Shown piece after piece: positions 29,255 to 38,793 of a stretch of 64,000 nucleotides of DNA. Position numbers and translations under genes: made by a program. The DNA is taken from contig CAXXLZ010000002.1 in NCBI GenBank assembly GCA_963675595.2, positions 3,936,001 to 4,000,000 on the forward strand, read 5' to 3'. A model generated the notes under the pieces. The model made no database searches. It was not told the DNA's origin and worked only from the letters and a program-made list of their open reading frames with translations. Source of the DNA: Thermodesulfobacteriota bacterium. GTDB lineage: Bacteria; Desulfobacterota; Desulfarculia; JACQYL01. Positions within the stretch are counted from its first letter, which is position 1. Each line of letters opens with the position of its first letter.

Positions 29255-30040
29255 ATGAGTGATCCCGTGCTGCTGGTTGAAAAGAACGAAGGTATTGTCA
29301 CGCTCACTTTGAATCGGCCTGAAGCGATGAACGCCCTTTCCAACGAGCTCCGGTATCGGTTGACGCAAACTTTCCAGGAACTCCGCGAGGATGCTGAAAC
29401 CCGGGTCGTTATTCTTACCGGAAACGGACGCGCTTTTTGTGCAGGCCTCGATCTGAAGGAAATGGTCGCCGCCGGCGTGGTGCCTTTAGGCCCCGGGGAG
29501 CAAGAGGCGGGCCGAGATTTCAGCGCCGAAATGGACGCCTTCGATCGGCCCATTATCGGCGCCGTCAACGGAGTCGCCGTGACGGGCGGTTTCGAACTGG
29601 CTTTGGCTTGCGACTTTCTCGTGGCTTCATCAGCGGCCCGATTCGCGGACACCCACGCGCGCGTGGGGATCGTTCCGGGTTGGGGGCTCAGCCAGAGACT
29701 CTCGCGGCTCATCGGCATCGGTCGCGCCAAGGAATTATCTTTTACCGGCAACTATATCACGGCGGAACAGGCACTGAGCTGGGGATTGGTGAACCGCGTC
29801 ACCACGCCCGAGGACCTCATGCCGACTTGTCGTGCTCTGGCCGAAGACATGCTGTCCTGTGTTCCGGGCGTGGTTCGGGATTACAAGCGGTTGATCGACG
29901 AGGGATATGGGATGAGTTTCTCGAACGCCCTCGAGATGGAAAAACGTGTTTCCGTGGAATACGCGAAAAGGGTTACGGCGGAGAGTCTTGGCGCGGTGAG
30001 TCGAGGAGTACGGGAGCGAGGAAGGAAACAGACGGAATGA
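29255..30040 (+). CDS. Enoyl-CoA hydratase/isomerase family protein
   Basis: LNRPEAMNAL, AFCAGLDL, AVNG.AVTGGFELAL.CD, FADTHARVG; GGAGG RBS. Confidence 0.92.
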   Translation: MSDPVLLVEKNEGIVTLTLNRPEAMNALSNELRYRLTQTFQELREDAETRVVILTGNGRAFCAGLDLKEMVAAGVVPLGPGEQEAGRDFSAEMDAFDRPIIGAVNGVAVTGGFELALACDFLVASSAARFADTHARVGIVPGWGLSQRLSRLIGIGRAKELSFTGNYITAEQALSWGLVNRVTTPEDLMPTCRALAEDMLSCVPGVVRDYKRLIDEGYGMSFSNALEMEKRVSVEYAKRVTAESLGAVSRGVRERGRKQTE

Positions 30041-30570
30041 GCGCAAGGGGACGGGTGTGCACGCACTGCGGGATTAACTGATGGAATTAGGAACTGCTAA
30101 ATGTTAAGAGAAAAATGGAATCCCTGTGCCCGGAGCGGTGCGGAAAAGCGGAGCCGGGCGGTCGGTATGCCGAGGATGTCGACGCCCTAAGGGGAAATGC
30201 GTGTCTTAGGCTAGGGACACAGGGAAGGGTCCGCTGCTTGGTTGCTGCATACCGTAGAGCGCCGACCGGTCTCGTTGGTGCATTTCACGGAACATACGCG
30301 ACTTCTTCACCGATCCGCCGTTTCCTCGTGTCTCGGTATGCCCGAGACGGGAGGGTCGGAGTGCGGAGAAGCGGATACCCTTGGGCGGGTTTTGCCTCGC
30401 GCGGATCACCGGATTTGCCGCATGCCTCGGGGGAAGGCGCTTTTCTTTTTGGTCCCCGGTATGTTTTCGGCTTGAATTGTTTTCGGCTCGCTGTGAGCTA
30501 GAAGGTTTCGGAGGGTGACCCGAAAGGGAAACCGCACGATTCATTTCGTTCAAAGGAGGACGACGGACCC

Positions 30571-32514
30571 ATGTCGGTGGACACGAACCTCAAGATCTTG
30601 GTGGTGGAAGATTCGGGCATTACTCGCAAGATGGAGATCAAGGCCCTGAATCAACTGGGCTTCAACCGTGTCGTCGAAGCGGAAGACGGCGTCCAGGCGT
30701 CTAAGATGCTTGCCGAACAAGCGGATGTGGACCTGATCATCAGCGACTGGAACATGCCCAATATGGACGGATACGAGTTGTTGTGCCAGGTCCGGTCCAA
30801 TGAACTCACGCGGGAGGTTCCATTCATCATGGCCACCGCGAGGGGAGAGAAAAAACAGGCGGAGAAGGCGATATCCGCCGGTGTCAGCAGCTTCATCAGC
30901 AAGCCTTTCAGTCCGCCGGAACTCAAGGAGGTCATCGAGTCGGTTCTGCAATCACCCGGTGCCGCCGTAGTCGAGAAGAGCGGGATCAGGGTCCCGGAAA
31001 TGACGGATTCCGGTAAATTGCGGCTGAATATAGGACATATTCAAATTACCGACCACCTTACCCTGGGAGTCCTGCAACACCTTATTCGTTCCGAGAAGCT
31101 CGCTCCCCGGCATTTTGAGCTCGCAACCCATTGCATGCCCAGTTGGAATCCCGTCCAGAGGGCTTTGGAAAAAGGAGAACTTGACGGGGCCTTCGTGCTT
31201 GCTCCCATCGCCATGGACCTGTTCTCCTATGGAGTTCCCCTGAAACTGGTTCTTTTCGCTCATAAGAACGGCAGCATCGCGGTTCAAAAAAAGAGGGGAA
31301 AGTCCGACGGCGAAACAGATTTGAAGAGCCGGTTCGAAGGAAAGACTTTTTACATTCCTCATGAGCTTTCGATCCATCACATGCTGTCACACATGTTCTT
31401 GAAAGAAATCGGGCTCAAGCCGGGAGCCGTGGGGAGAGGCGAATTCGACGTGTTTTTCGAAGTCGTACCCCCTGTGCGCATGCCCGAATTTCTCAAGACC
31501 AATCCGGAGGCCGGGGGATATATGGTGGCGGAGCCATTGGGGACCAAAGCCATAGCTGAAGGGATCGCGGATCAGCTGTTTTTGTCGGGGCAGATGTGGA
31601 CCAATCATCCGTGCTGTGTGGTGGCGCTGAGGGAAGAAGTGCTCAAAGAACACGAGGGTGCGGTGCAGGAGTTCGTAGAGATGCTTGTGGAATCGGGGCG
31701 GTTTATTCAGCAGAAGCCCGAGGCTGCGGCGGAAATCGGGGTGGCCTTTCTCGATCCCGAAAAGACCCTCGGACTCAAGGTACCGGTGCTGAAGAACGTG
31801 CTGAAAGAGGCCCAGGGAATCAAGACACACGACTTGTTCCCCGTGGTAGACGATTTGAAGCGTATCGCCGACTACATGGGAGAAGAGATGGGCATCGGCG
31901 CACCTTTGGATTTTGGCGACTTCGTGGAGACACGGTTTGCCGAAGCGGCGTGCGGCGGCATCATGGAACGTTCGGCCTTCCGTCAGGTAGGGGACATCAT
32001 TTCGGAGCTCTCGGATCGCGGGACGGGGGATCGAACTGAAAAAAGCATGCTGGGGATTGAAGGCAACTATCTTATTTTTTCCATGGCCGATCAGGAATAC
32101 GGTGTCGGAATTCTGTCCGTCAGAGAAATTATTGGAATGATGTCCATTACTTCCATCCCGAGAGCGCCTTCATATGTCAAAGGAGTAATCAATCTCCGCG
32201 GCCGCGTTATTCCAGTGGTGGATCTTCGACTTAAGTTCGGTCTCGAGCCCGTGGAATACGATGCGCGTACGTCCATCGTGGTGCTGGATATCCGGGGTCC
32301 CAAGAGCATGTTTCAGGTGGGCATGATCGTCGACGCCGTTTCGGACGTATCCAACATTCGGGCGGAGGATACGGAAGAATCCCCTCGTTTTGGGCTGGGC
32401 GGCAACACGAGCTACATCCTGTCCATGGCCAAAATGGAAGGGGGCGTCAAGGTATTGCTGGATGTGGACGTGCTTTTCGGGGGAATGGAATCGCTCGGCG
32501 TGTCCGGCGCTTGA
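30571..32514 (+). CDS. Fusion of a CheY-like receiver, an NrtA/CmpA/NasS-like solute-binding domain and CheW
   Basis: VVEDS, ISDWNMP, SKPF; GHIQITDH, LAPIAM, VAEP, HPCCVV; GVINLRGRVIPVVDLR, GMIVDAVSDV. No signal peptide or TM segment. Confidence 0.88.
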   Translation: MSVDTNLKILVVEDSGITRKMEIKALNQLGFNRVVEAEDGVQASKMLAEQADVDLIISDWNMPNMDGYELLCQVRSNELTREVPFIMATARGEKKQAEKAISAGVSSFISKPFSPPELKEVIESVLQSPGAAVVEKSGIRVPEMTDSGKLRLNIGHIQITDHLTLGVLQHLIRSEKLAPRHFELATHCMPSWNPVQRALEKGELDGAFVLAPIAMDLFSYGVPLKLVLFAHKNGSIAVQKKRGKSDGETDLKSRFEGKTFYIPHELSIHHMLSHMFLKEIGLKPGAVGRGEFDVFFEVVPPVRMPEFLKTNPEAGGYMVAEPLGTKAIAEGIADQLFLSGQMWTNHPCCVVALREEVLKEHEGAVQEFVEMLVESGRFIQQKPEAAAEIGVAFLDPEKTLGLKVPVLKNVLKEAQGIKTHDLFPVVDDLKRIADYMGEEMGIGAPLDFGDFVETRFAEAACGGIMERSAFRQVGDIISELSDRGTGDRTEKSMLGIEGNYLIFSMADQEYGVGILSVREIIGMMSITSIPRAPSYVKGVINLRGRVIPVVDLRLKFGLEPVEYDARTSIVVLDIRGPKSMFQVGMIVDAVSDVSNIRAEDTEESPRFGLGGNTSYILSMAKMEGGVKVLLDVDVLFGGMESLGVSGA

Positions 32515-32588
32515 AGCAACCGAGACTGGGCGGGAGAGCCGGTTGGGCGCGAGCTTAAGGCCGCCGGCCGCTCCCGGAACGGCGAGGC

Positions 32589-33056
32589 TCAATTGACTTC
32601 GATGATTTCCATCTTCTGAATGCCGCCCGGAGAGCGGAATTCAACGACGTCCCCTTCTTCTTTGCCCAGCATGGCCCGCCCCAGAGGGGAGCTGAAAGAT
32701 ATGGTCCCTTCGTTGGGATCGGAATCGTAAGGCCCGAGCACCCGGTACTGCTTCTCTTCGCCCGTGGACAGGTTTTCGATGGTGACCCGGGCGCCGAAGA
32801 CTACACGATCCTTGGGAGTCGAATCAGGGTCTACGACTTCGCAAGTGGCGATTTTGTTCTTGAGTTCATTGATTCTCGCTCGCAGCAGCCCGTTGGTTTC
32901 CTGTGCTGCATGGTATTCGGCGTTTTCGGAGAGGTCTCCGTGGCCTCGAGCGGTTTCGATATCCTTAATGTTCTGAGGAAGGCGGACCTTGATAATATGA
33001 TCAAGCTCGCGACGGAGCTTTTCGCAGCCTTCGGGAGAAATAGGGATACGTTCCAT
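32589..33056 (-). CDS. greA: Transcription elongation factor GreA
   Basis: AR.HGDLSENAEYHAA, VFGA.V, ISFSSPLGRAMLGK. Confidence 0.96.
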   Translation of the reverse strand: MERIPISPEGCEKLRRELDHIIKVRLPQNIKDIETARGHGDLSENAEYHAAQETNGLLRARINELKNKIATCEVVDPDSTPKDRVVFGARVTIENLSTGEEKQYRVLGPYDSDPNEGTISFSSPLGRAMLGKEEGDVVEFRSPGGIQKMEIIEVN

Positions 33057-33148
33057 GAGCTTTACCTGTTTGTTGCTTTTGGTTGAAAAGTAAATCGGCC
33101 CTTCCGCGCTTCAAAGCGCCCTATGGGGTGTCGGGAAGGTTCGCTCCG

Positions 33149-33179
33149 AAAAATGAGAAACGCCGTGAGAGGCACGGCG
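33149..33179 (-). terminator. Intrinsic terminator-like hairpin in the greA leader
   Basis: Minus strand: CGCCGTG-cctct-CACGGCG followed by TTTCTCATTTTT, about 90-120 nt upstream of the greA ATG. Confidence 0.55.
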
Positions 33180-33222
33180 AAGGACATCTTGACTTGCGCA
33201 TGTTTTGAAAAACCGGAAGATC

Positions 33223-33250
33223 AGTTTACCCAAAAATGTATGCTTTGCAA
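33223..33250 (-). promoter_or_regulatory. Candidate sigma70 promoter of greA
   Basis: Minus strand TTGCAA, 16-nt spacer, TAAACT. Confidence 0.5.
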
Positions 33251-33282
33251 CAAAAAACGGAAAGGTGTCGGTCGGTGAGAAC

Positions 33283-33311
33283 TTGACAAACGCTCCGTGT
33301 CGTAGCATATA
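33283..33311 (+). promoter_or_regulatory. Candidate sigma70 promoter of aroDE
   Basis: TTGACA (33283-33288), 17-nt spacer, CATATA. Confidence 0.4.
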
Positions 33312-33397
33312 CGGCGTCTGCGCGAGAGGGCGTTCCCGCAAGTCCGAATTCCGTATCGTCGAAAGTCCCACCGAAATCTTGTTCGAGGAGCTTCAGT

Positions 33398-34942
33398 TTG
33401 ATCTGCGTTTCCATAACCGAAAAGACCACCAGGGAAGCTGTCCGGGTCGCCGAGTCGCTGCCTCCCGAAGTGGAGCTGGTGGAAGTGAGAGGGGACCTGA
33501 TCCAGGACATCGACGTGGATGCGATCCTCGGCTCGATTTCTCGGCGCGTAATTTTTACCGTCAGGTGTCTCGAACAGGGGGGAGCTTTTACCGGGAGTGA
33601 AGAAGAACGGGTGAATTTGCTCCTACGCGCCAAACGGTCGGGTGCGGCTTACGTGGACGTGGAATCATGCACAGCGGAGGAACTGAAGCGGCAGGTGCTC
33701 ACCGGACCTGGAGACGCCAAGGTGATTCTTTCATTCCACGATTTCCTCGGGACGCCGACGGACCTGTTTGCCTTGGCCAGAGAGCTGTATCGGGAGCCTG
33801 TGGATGTAGTGAAAATCGTTACCTTTGCGAGGACCCTCGAGGACAACTTTCGCATTTTCAGGCTGCTCAGGCACATGAAGGGCCGGATGGTCGCTCACGC
33901 CATGGGAGAACTGGGTTTCATCAGCAGGATTTTGGCTCCCAAGTTCGGCTCCTTGTGGACCTATACCTATCTACAGGGCGCTTCCCCCGCAGCGCCGGGA
34001 CAGATCGATCTGGATACGCTGTTGGACGTCTATCACGCCCATCGGGTCAAGCCGGATACGGATGTCTATGCCATCCTCGGCAATCCGGTGGGGCATTCCT
34101 ACTCTCCGCACATGCATAACGCCGCCTTTCGGCATTACGACCTGAACGCGGTTTATGTTCCGGTGAAGGTTTCCGACCTTACTTCGGTTCTTTCCTTTTT
34201 TGGAGACATGGGCGTGAAAGGCTGCAGCGTCACCATTCCGTTCAAAGTCACCATCATGGACTACCTGGATTCCGTCACGTATTTGGCCGGGAAAATGGGA
34301 GCGACCAACACGGTCACGGTCAGGGACGGTCGGCTGCTGGGAAGCAACACCGACGGCCTGGGAGCCTTAAGAACGATTCAAGCGGCGGGTATCCAGTTGA
34401 CCGGAGCCAATGTGGTCATTTTGGGAGCCGGCGGGTCCGCACGCGCCGTTGGGTACGCGCTGGGCTCGGCGCTGCGGCTCGGCTCTCTCACGTATGCGTC
34501 ACGAAGACCGGACCAAGCCAAGATTCTCATTAAGGAATTGTTTCCTCACTCTTCAAGAAAGATGCAAGCTTGCGGTTTTTCCGAGGTAGAACTGGGCAGA
34601 GCCATGGCACAAGCGGACCTGGTAATCAACTGTACGCCGGTCGGCATGCACCCCCATGGGGATGATACTCCCGTGCCTTCGCACCTCTTGCGGGAGAAGC
34701 CCGTGGTTTTCGACATCGTTTACCACCCGTTGGCGACCAGGTTATTGAAGGAAGCCCGGGCTGCGGGTTGTCTAACTCTCAATGGACTCGAAATGCTGGT
34801 TCACCAGGGAGCGGCGCAGTTTGAAACCTGGACCGGACGGAGAGCGCCTTTCAAAGTGATGCTGGAGGCGGTGCTTAGACGTGTCGAAAACGTCGGCGGC
34901 AACCTCGAACTTCCCCTAAGCCGCGATCCCTTCTCCTCGTAA
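33398..34942 (+). CDS. aroDE: Bifunctional type I 3-dehydroquinate dehydratase / shikimate dehydrogenase
   Basis: E.R.D, SFHDF, VVKIV, MGELG.ISR, APGQ (AroD); GNPVGHS.SP, SVTIPFK, NTDG, GAGGSAR, NCTPVGM, MLVHQG (AroE). Confidence 0.92.
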   Translation: MICVSITEKTTREAVRVAESLPPEVELVEVRGDLIQDIDVDAILGSISRRVIFTVRCLEQGGAFTGSEEERVNLLLRAKRSGAAYVDVESCTAEELKRQVLTGPGDAKVILSFHDFLGTPTDLFALARELYREPVDVVKIVTFARTLEDNFRIFRLLRHMKGRMVAHAMGELGFISRILAPKFGSLWTYTYLQGASPAAPGQIDLDTLLDVYHAHRVKPDTDVYAILGNPVGHSYSPHMHNAAFRHYDLNAVYVPVKVSDLTSVLSFFGDMGVKGCSVTIPFKVTIMDYLDSVTYLAGKMGATNTVTVRDGRLLGSNTDGLGALRTIQAAGIQLTGANVVILGAGGSARAVGYALGSALRLGSLTYASRRPDQAKILIKELFPHSSRKMQACGFSEVELGRAMAQADLVINCTPVGMHPHGDDTPVPSHLLREKPVVFDIVYHPLATRLLKEARAAGCLTLNGLEMLVHQGAAQFETWTGRRAPFKVMLEAVLRRVENVGGNLELPLSRDPFSS

Positions 34943-35072
34943 AAATTCACATTTCCGTGAGATTTCCTCCTTCACTTCGGATCATTAATTAATTAACCGA
35001 GTCTTAAAGCGGTTTCAAGGGAGCGCTGGAAGACCCGCCGCACCCGCCCTCGACCGAAGAGGAGCTTCCGTC

Positions 35073-36866
35073 GTGAAATCCTTCGTCCGTCTGAGGTATT
35101 CGACCATCGAGGCAGGACAGGACGACCATTATCAGTCCCTGGCTGACATTCTGGCGTTTCGGAAGATTTATACGGTGTTTCAACCGATCTTCCATCTTCA
35201 GACGGGGGACCTTTTCAGCTACGAAGCGCTGAGCCGAGTGGAAGGTGCTTCTCCTTTCTCAGGTCCGGAACATCTGTTTCAAGTCGCCCAAAGACATCGG
35301 CTCACCCCGGAATTGGAGAAACTTTGCAGTTCCAAGGCCCTGAATCGGGCACGGCGATTGGGGATTGAAGAGCCCTTGTCCTTCAATGTGTGCCCCTCCC
35401 TCCTCAGCTCTCCAAACAGCGCAACCGAGGGCGTGTTTACCGGCATCGAGGACCTGATTGCGGTTCGGGATCGGATCATTCTGGAAATCACGGAACGCTA
35501 CTACATCGAAGACAACGAACGTTTCATTAAAGCAGTGGATTATTATCGAGATATGGGTTTCAGGATCGCCGTGGACGACCTCGGGTCCGGATTTGCCGGT
35601 CTTAAAATGCTTTCCAGGATCGAGCCGTTCATGGTCAAAATCGATCGATTCCTCATAGCGGATATTCATCGCTCCACCAAAAAGCAAATGCTGCTGGAAT
35701 CTCTCGTGTCCTTTTGTCACAAGATCAATGCGTTGGTGGTGGCGGAAGGTATTGAAACGAAAGAAGAACTGGAAGTGGTTTGCTCCATGCAAGTGGATTT
35801 GGGGCAAGGATATTTCTTGGGGCGTCCGGATCGCGAACTTCCGGACGACACTCGCTTTCAGAAAAACCTAATTTCGCAATTCGCAGGGAACACCACCACG
35901 GAGGGCATCAGCGGCAATCTCATCGGTTCTCTATCCCGGCACGTCAAGTCGCTGTCCTTACAGGACAACGTTTCAAAGGTAGTGGAACGCTTCAAGCAGG
36001 ACCAGACCCTGACCGCCATACCGGTTCTTGAAGGCCGTCGGCCGGTGGGCGTGATTCACAAAGCCAAACTGTTCTATCAGCTCGGGCAGCGGTTCGGATA
36101 TGATCTGTTCCACAAGAAGCCTCTAAAAACCATCATGAAGTCCCCGTTTGTGTTCGAGTCGGATACTCCCCTTGAAGAGGTTTCCCGAAAGATCCTCGCC
36201 CGTGATGAAACCTCTGTTTATGATGCCGTTCTTGTGGTGAGGAACGGTGTTTACCTCGGGGTGGTCAAGATTCATCATATTCTGGAACGGCTCACCGAGC
36301 AGAAGATCAATCTTGCCATCGAGGCCAATCCGCTCACCGGGCTTCCCGGAAACAATCAGATCAAGGAAGAGATTGCGCGGTGCCTTGGAATCGACCGGGT
36401 CTTTGCCGTAATGTACTTCGACTTGGACAACTTCAAGCCTTTCAACGACAACTTCGGTTTCGAGGAAGGGGACCGTGTTCTAAGGTTTCTGGGAAACTTG
36501 CTCAAAGACAGCATAACGCATTGGGATCCCCAGGGATTCGTAGGCCATGTCGGAGGAGACGATTTCGTCGCGGTGTGCAAGCCGTTCGAGGTTGAACGTA
36601 TCTGTAAAATGATCATTGAGCGATTTGATAGGGAAAGCGACCGATTTCATGATTCTTCGGCGGCAGAGTCCGGATACTACGAGAGCTGCGACCGCATGGG
36701 CAACATCCAGAGATTTCCTCTTCTATCGCTTTCCATCGGCGTGGTGGCCACAAGTCTCAGAAAATTCAATTCTTACGGACATCTTGTGTCCGTAGCCTCG
36801 GAAGTGAAAAAAAAGGCAAAAAACTTGCCCGGGAGCAGCTATTACGTCGACAAACGTCGGCTGTAA
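35073..36866 (+). CDS. EAL-CBS-GGDEF c-di-GMP signalling protein
   Basis: YEALSR, AVDDLGSG, VAEGIE, GQGY; CBS-like middle region; NPLTGLPGN, DLDNFK.FND, GHVGGDDF. Confidence 0.92.
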   Translation: MKSFVRLRYSTIEAGQDDHYQSLADILAFRKIYTVFQPIFHLQTGDLFSYEALSRVEGASPFSGPEHLFQVAQRHRLTPELEKLCSSKALNRARRLGIEEPLSFNVCPSLLSSPNSATEGVFTGIEDLIAVRDRIILEITERYYIEDNERFIKAVDYYRDMGFRIAVDDLGSGFAGLKMLSRIEPFMVKIDRFLIADIHRSTKKQMLLESLVSFCHKINALVVAEGIETKEELEVVCSMQVDLGQGYFLGRPDRELPDDTRFQKNLISQFAGNTTTEGISGNLIGSLSRHVKSLSLQDNVSKVVERFKQDQTLTAIPVLEGRRPVGVIHKAKLFYQLGQRFGYDLFHKKPLKTIMKSPFVFESDTPLEEVSRKILARDETSVYDAVLVVRNGVYLGVVKIHHILERLTEQKINLAIEANPLTGLPGNNQIKEEIARCLGIDRVFAVMYFDLDNFKPFNDNFGFEEGDRVLRFLGNLLKDSITHWDPQGFVGHVGGDDFVAVCKPFEVERICKMIIERFDRESDRFHDSSAAESGYYESCDRMGNIQRFPLLSLSIGVVATSLRKFNSYGHLVSVASEVKKKAKNLPGSSYYVDKRRL

Positions 36867-36908
36867 AATGGGCCGGCTTCGCTGAACGGAACTCTCGTTC
36901 CCGACCGT

Positions 36909-37313
36909 TTACGGCTGCCGCCGATAGAATTCCAGAATTCCTCTGAGCTCTTCCTCAAGCTCCGGAGACCAAACGTTTCTCCAGGCCTCTTTTTCCCAGA
37001 CTTTCATCGATTCCACCTGGATCACATTGTAGTTCGGGTTCTTCCGTCCCGTTACGTAAACGGTTTGATTCAGGTGACGAGCTAGAACGCCCCGATTGAG
37101 ATTGGGCAACAAGTACCAGGAGCCGTCTTCCAGGTAGAGAACGAAGCTGCTTTCCAGGGCCGCCATGGGGTCTTCCATGTTCACGGGGCAGACTTCGCCC
37201 GTGAGGACGCAGTTCAGTCCCTGAATGGTTCCTTCCCATTCCCCTCCGCGTGCCGAAGTCGCGGAAAGCAACAACAGGCAAACCAACGGAAAAAATCTAA
37301 ATCCCCTCTTCAT
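36909..37313 (-). CDS. Exported hypothetical protein
   Basis: Signal peptide MKRGFRFFPLVCLLLLSATSARG, Cx6C pair, beta-rich body; GGAG upstream. Confidence 0.7.
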   Translation of the reverse strand: MKRGFRFFPLVCLLLLSATSARGGEWEGTIQGLNCVLTGEVCPVNMEDPMAALESSFVLYLEDGSWYLLPNLNRGVLARHLNQTVYVTGRKNPNYNVIQVESMKVWEKEAWRNVWSPELEEELRGILEFYRRQP

Positions 37314-38166
37314 TTCAAGACTCCAGGTGTTGAGGCTGGTCCGGTCGGAATGCGCTCCGAGAATCCGACGCCGCCGGCGAGCACTTCATTCGTGCGCGGC
37401 ACCTTCGGTGCGTCTACCTGCGGTTCCGGGCTCGGGCAACGTTTATCCGCAATCCGCGGGCTATTCAGGAGGTACATAACGGACGAGAATGTATGAGGAA
37501 GCCACTGAAAAGCCCTTGTCCCTTCTCTTGTAGACAGGTGCGGAGGCACTATTCACGGAATCGTCGGGCTTGCTCTCCCGGAAGTTTGAGTACCCCTTCA
37601 GCGGGGAAGTTTTTCTTAGAAATTCCCGGGAAAGATCCTTTTTTGCATCTTATCCTAAGGGCCGCTTCTAAGCAATCAGGTTTGCAGGGCGGGATCGGAC
37701 GGAGTCCCTTTCGGCCGGTCGTTTCGGAGCCTTGACGAGGAAGATCATCCTCTTCTTTACATTCCCGAAAAAATTGGATAATCGTATTTTTTGCTTTCCG
37801 GACGATGAATCCGTCGAACAACCGGCAAACAAGGCATGGCGGGCCTCCGGGTGAACCCCGGATGAATGTCCGGACGGATTTCCGGTCATATCCACTCCCT
37901 CTTTCCATGGGAGCACGCCATGCAGCGGCCGGCTCGGAGAGCGGAAAGGCGTTCCCGAGAGCCGAGCAGCGCGTGGGGACTATTATGCAGACGTCCGAAC
38001 CGCAGGCGGGGTAAGGTTCGGGCGTTTCCTCCGTTGAGCCCTGAGCAACCGTGTTCAGCAGCGAAAGCATCGTCGGGATCGGCTGATGAGCCGGGCCTAA
38101 GGCTTGTAGGATCGGCCGTGTACCTCTTCCGCGCGGTTGGTTTATCCTTTTCCGGAAATATCGCCC

Positions 38167-38793
38167 ATGGACTCAGAAAGTTTCGAAAACGTGACCGGTG
38201 TGGTTTTGGCGGGCGGCAGAAGCAGCCGTTTCGGTGAGAACAAAGCCCTGGCCAAACTGGATGGGAAAACGCTGATCGAGTGCATTGTGTCCGGTCTGGC
38301 CTCTTTGTTTCCTCGGCTGTTGATCGTTACCAACCAGCCGGAAGAGTTTCGTTTTCTGGGAATTGAAACGGCGGAAGACGCAGTCAAGGGACTGGGACCC
38401 ATAGGAGGCATCTTCACGGCGCTGAAGATTGCGACCGATCCCTATATTTTTGTGACCGCCTGCGACATGCCCGCTTTGAATTTTCGATTGATCCACCGGC
38501 TGGTGTCGCTGCGCGAATCCCACGACGTGGTAGTGCCCAGGATCGGTAAATGGTTGGAGCCACTCCACGCCGTTTACGGCCGGAGATGCCTGGAACCCAT
38601 TGAAGCGTTGGTGAGGACGAAGCAGTATCAGATACTGCGGCTTTTCCCCTCGGTAAGGGTGCGATTCGTGGAAAAAGAGGAGCTTGAACAAATGGACCCC
38701 GATCTGGGCTCGTTTTACAACATCAACACTCGGGAGGACTTAAGGCTTTTCCTGATGGGAAAGAAGCGGGACGCGGGGAAACCGTGCTCATAA
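38167..38793 (+). CDS. mobA: Molybdenum cofactor guanylyltransferase
   Basis: VLAGGRSSRFG.NKA, GPIGG, ACDMP, EPLHAVY, NINT. Confidence 0.92.
   Translation: MDSESFENVTGVVLAGGRSSRFGENKALAKLDGKTLIECIVSGLASLFPRLLIVTNQPEEFRFLGIETAEDAVKGLGPIGGIFTALKIATDPYIFVTACDMPALNFRLIHRLVSLRESHDVVVPRIGKWLEPLHAVYGRRCLEPIEALVRTKQYQILRLFPSVRVRFVEKEELEQMDPDLGSFYNINTREDLRLFLMGKKRDAGKPCS

Noticed and set aside
34986-34997. TTAATTAATTAA palindrome upstream of the EAL-GGDEF gene
   Set aside because: A low-complexity AT tract, probably part of a promoter; no specific function can be supported.
36300-36866. Hypr-type cGAMP-synthesising GGDEF
   Set aside because: The specificity position retains Asp (GFEEGD), not Ser, consistent with an ordinary diguanylate cyclase.
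38040-38166. Moco/Wco riboswitch upstream of mobA
   Set aside because: CCTAAG and a GAAA loop are present, but I cannot find the 3' GCCTCCC...GGAAAGG part or the overall stem arrangement.
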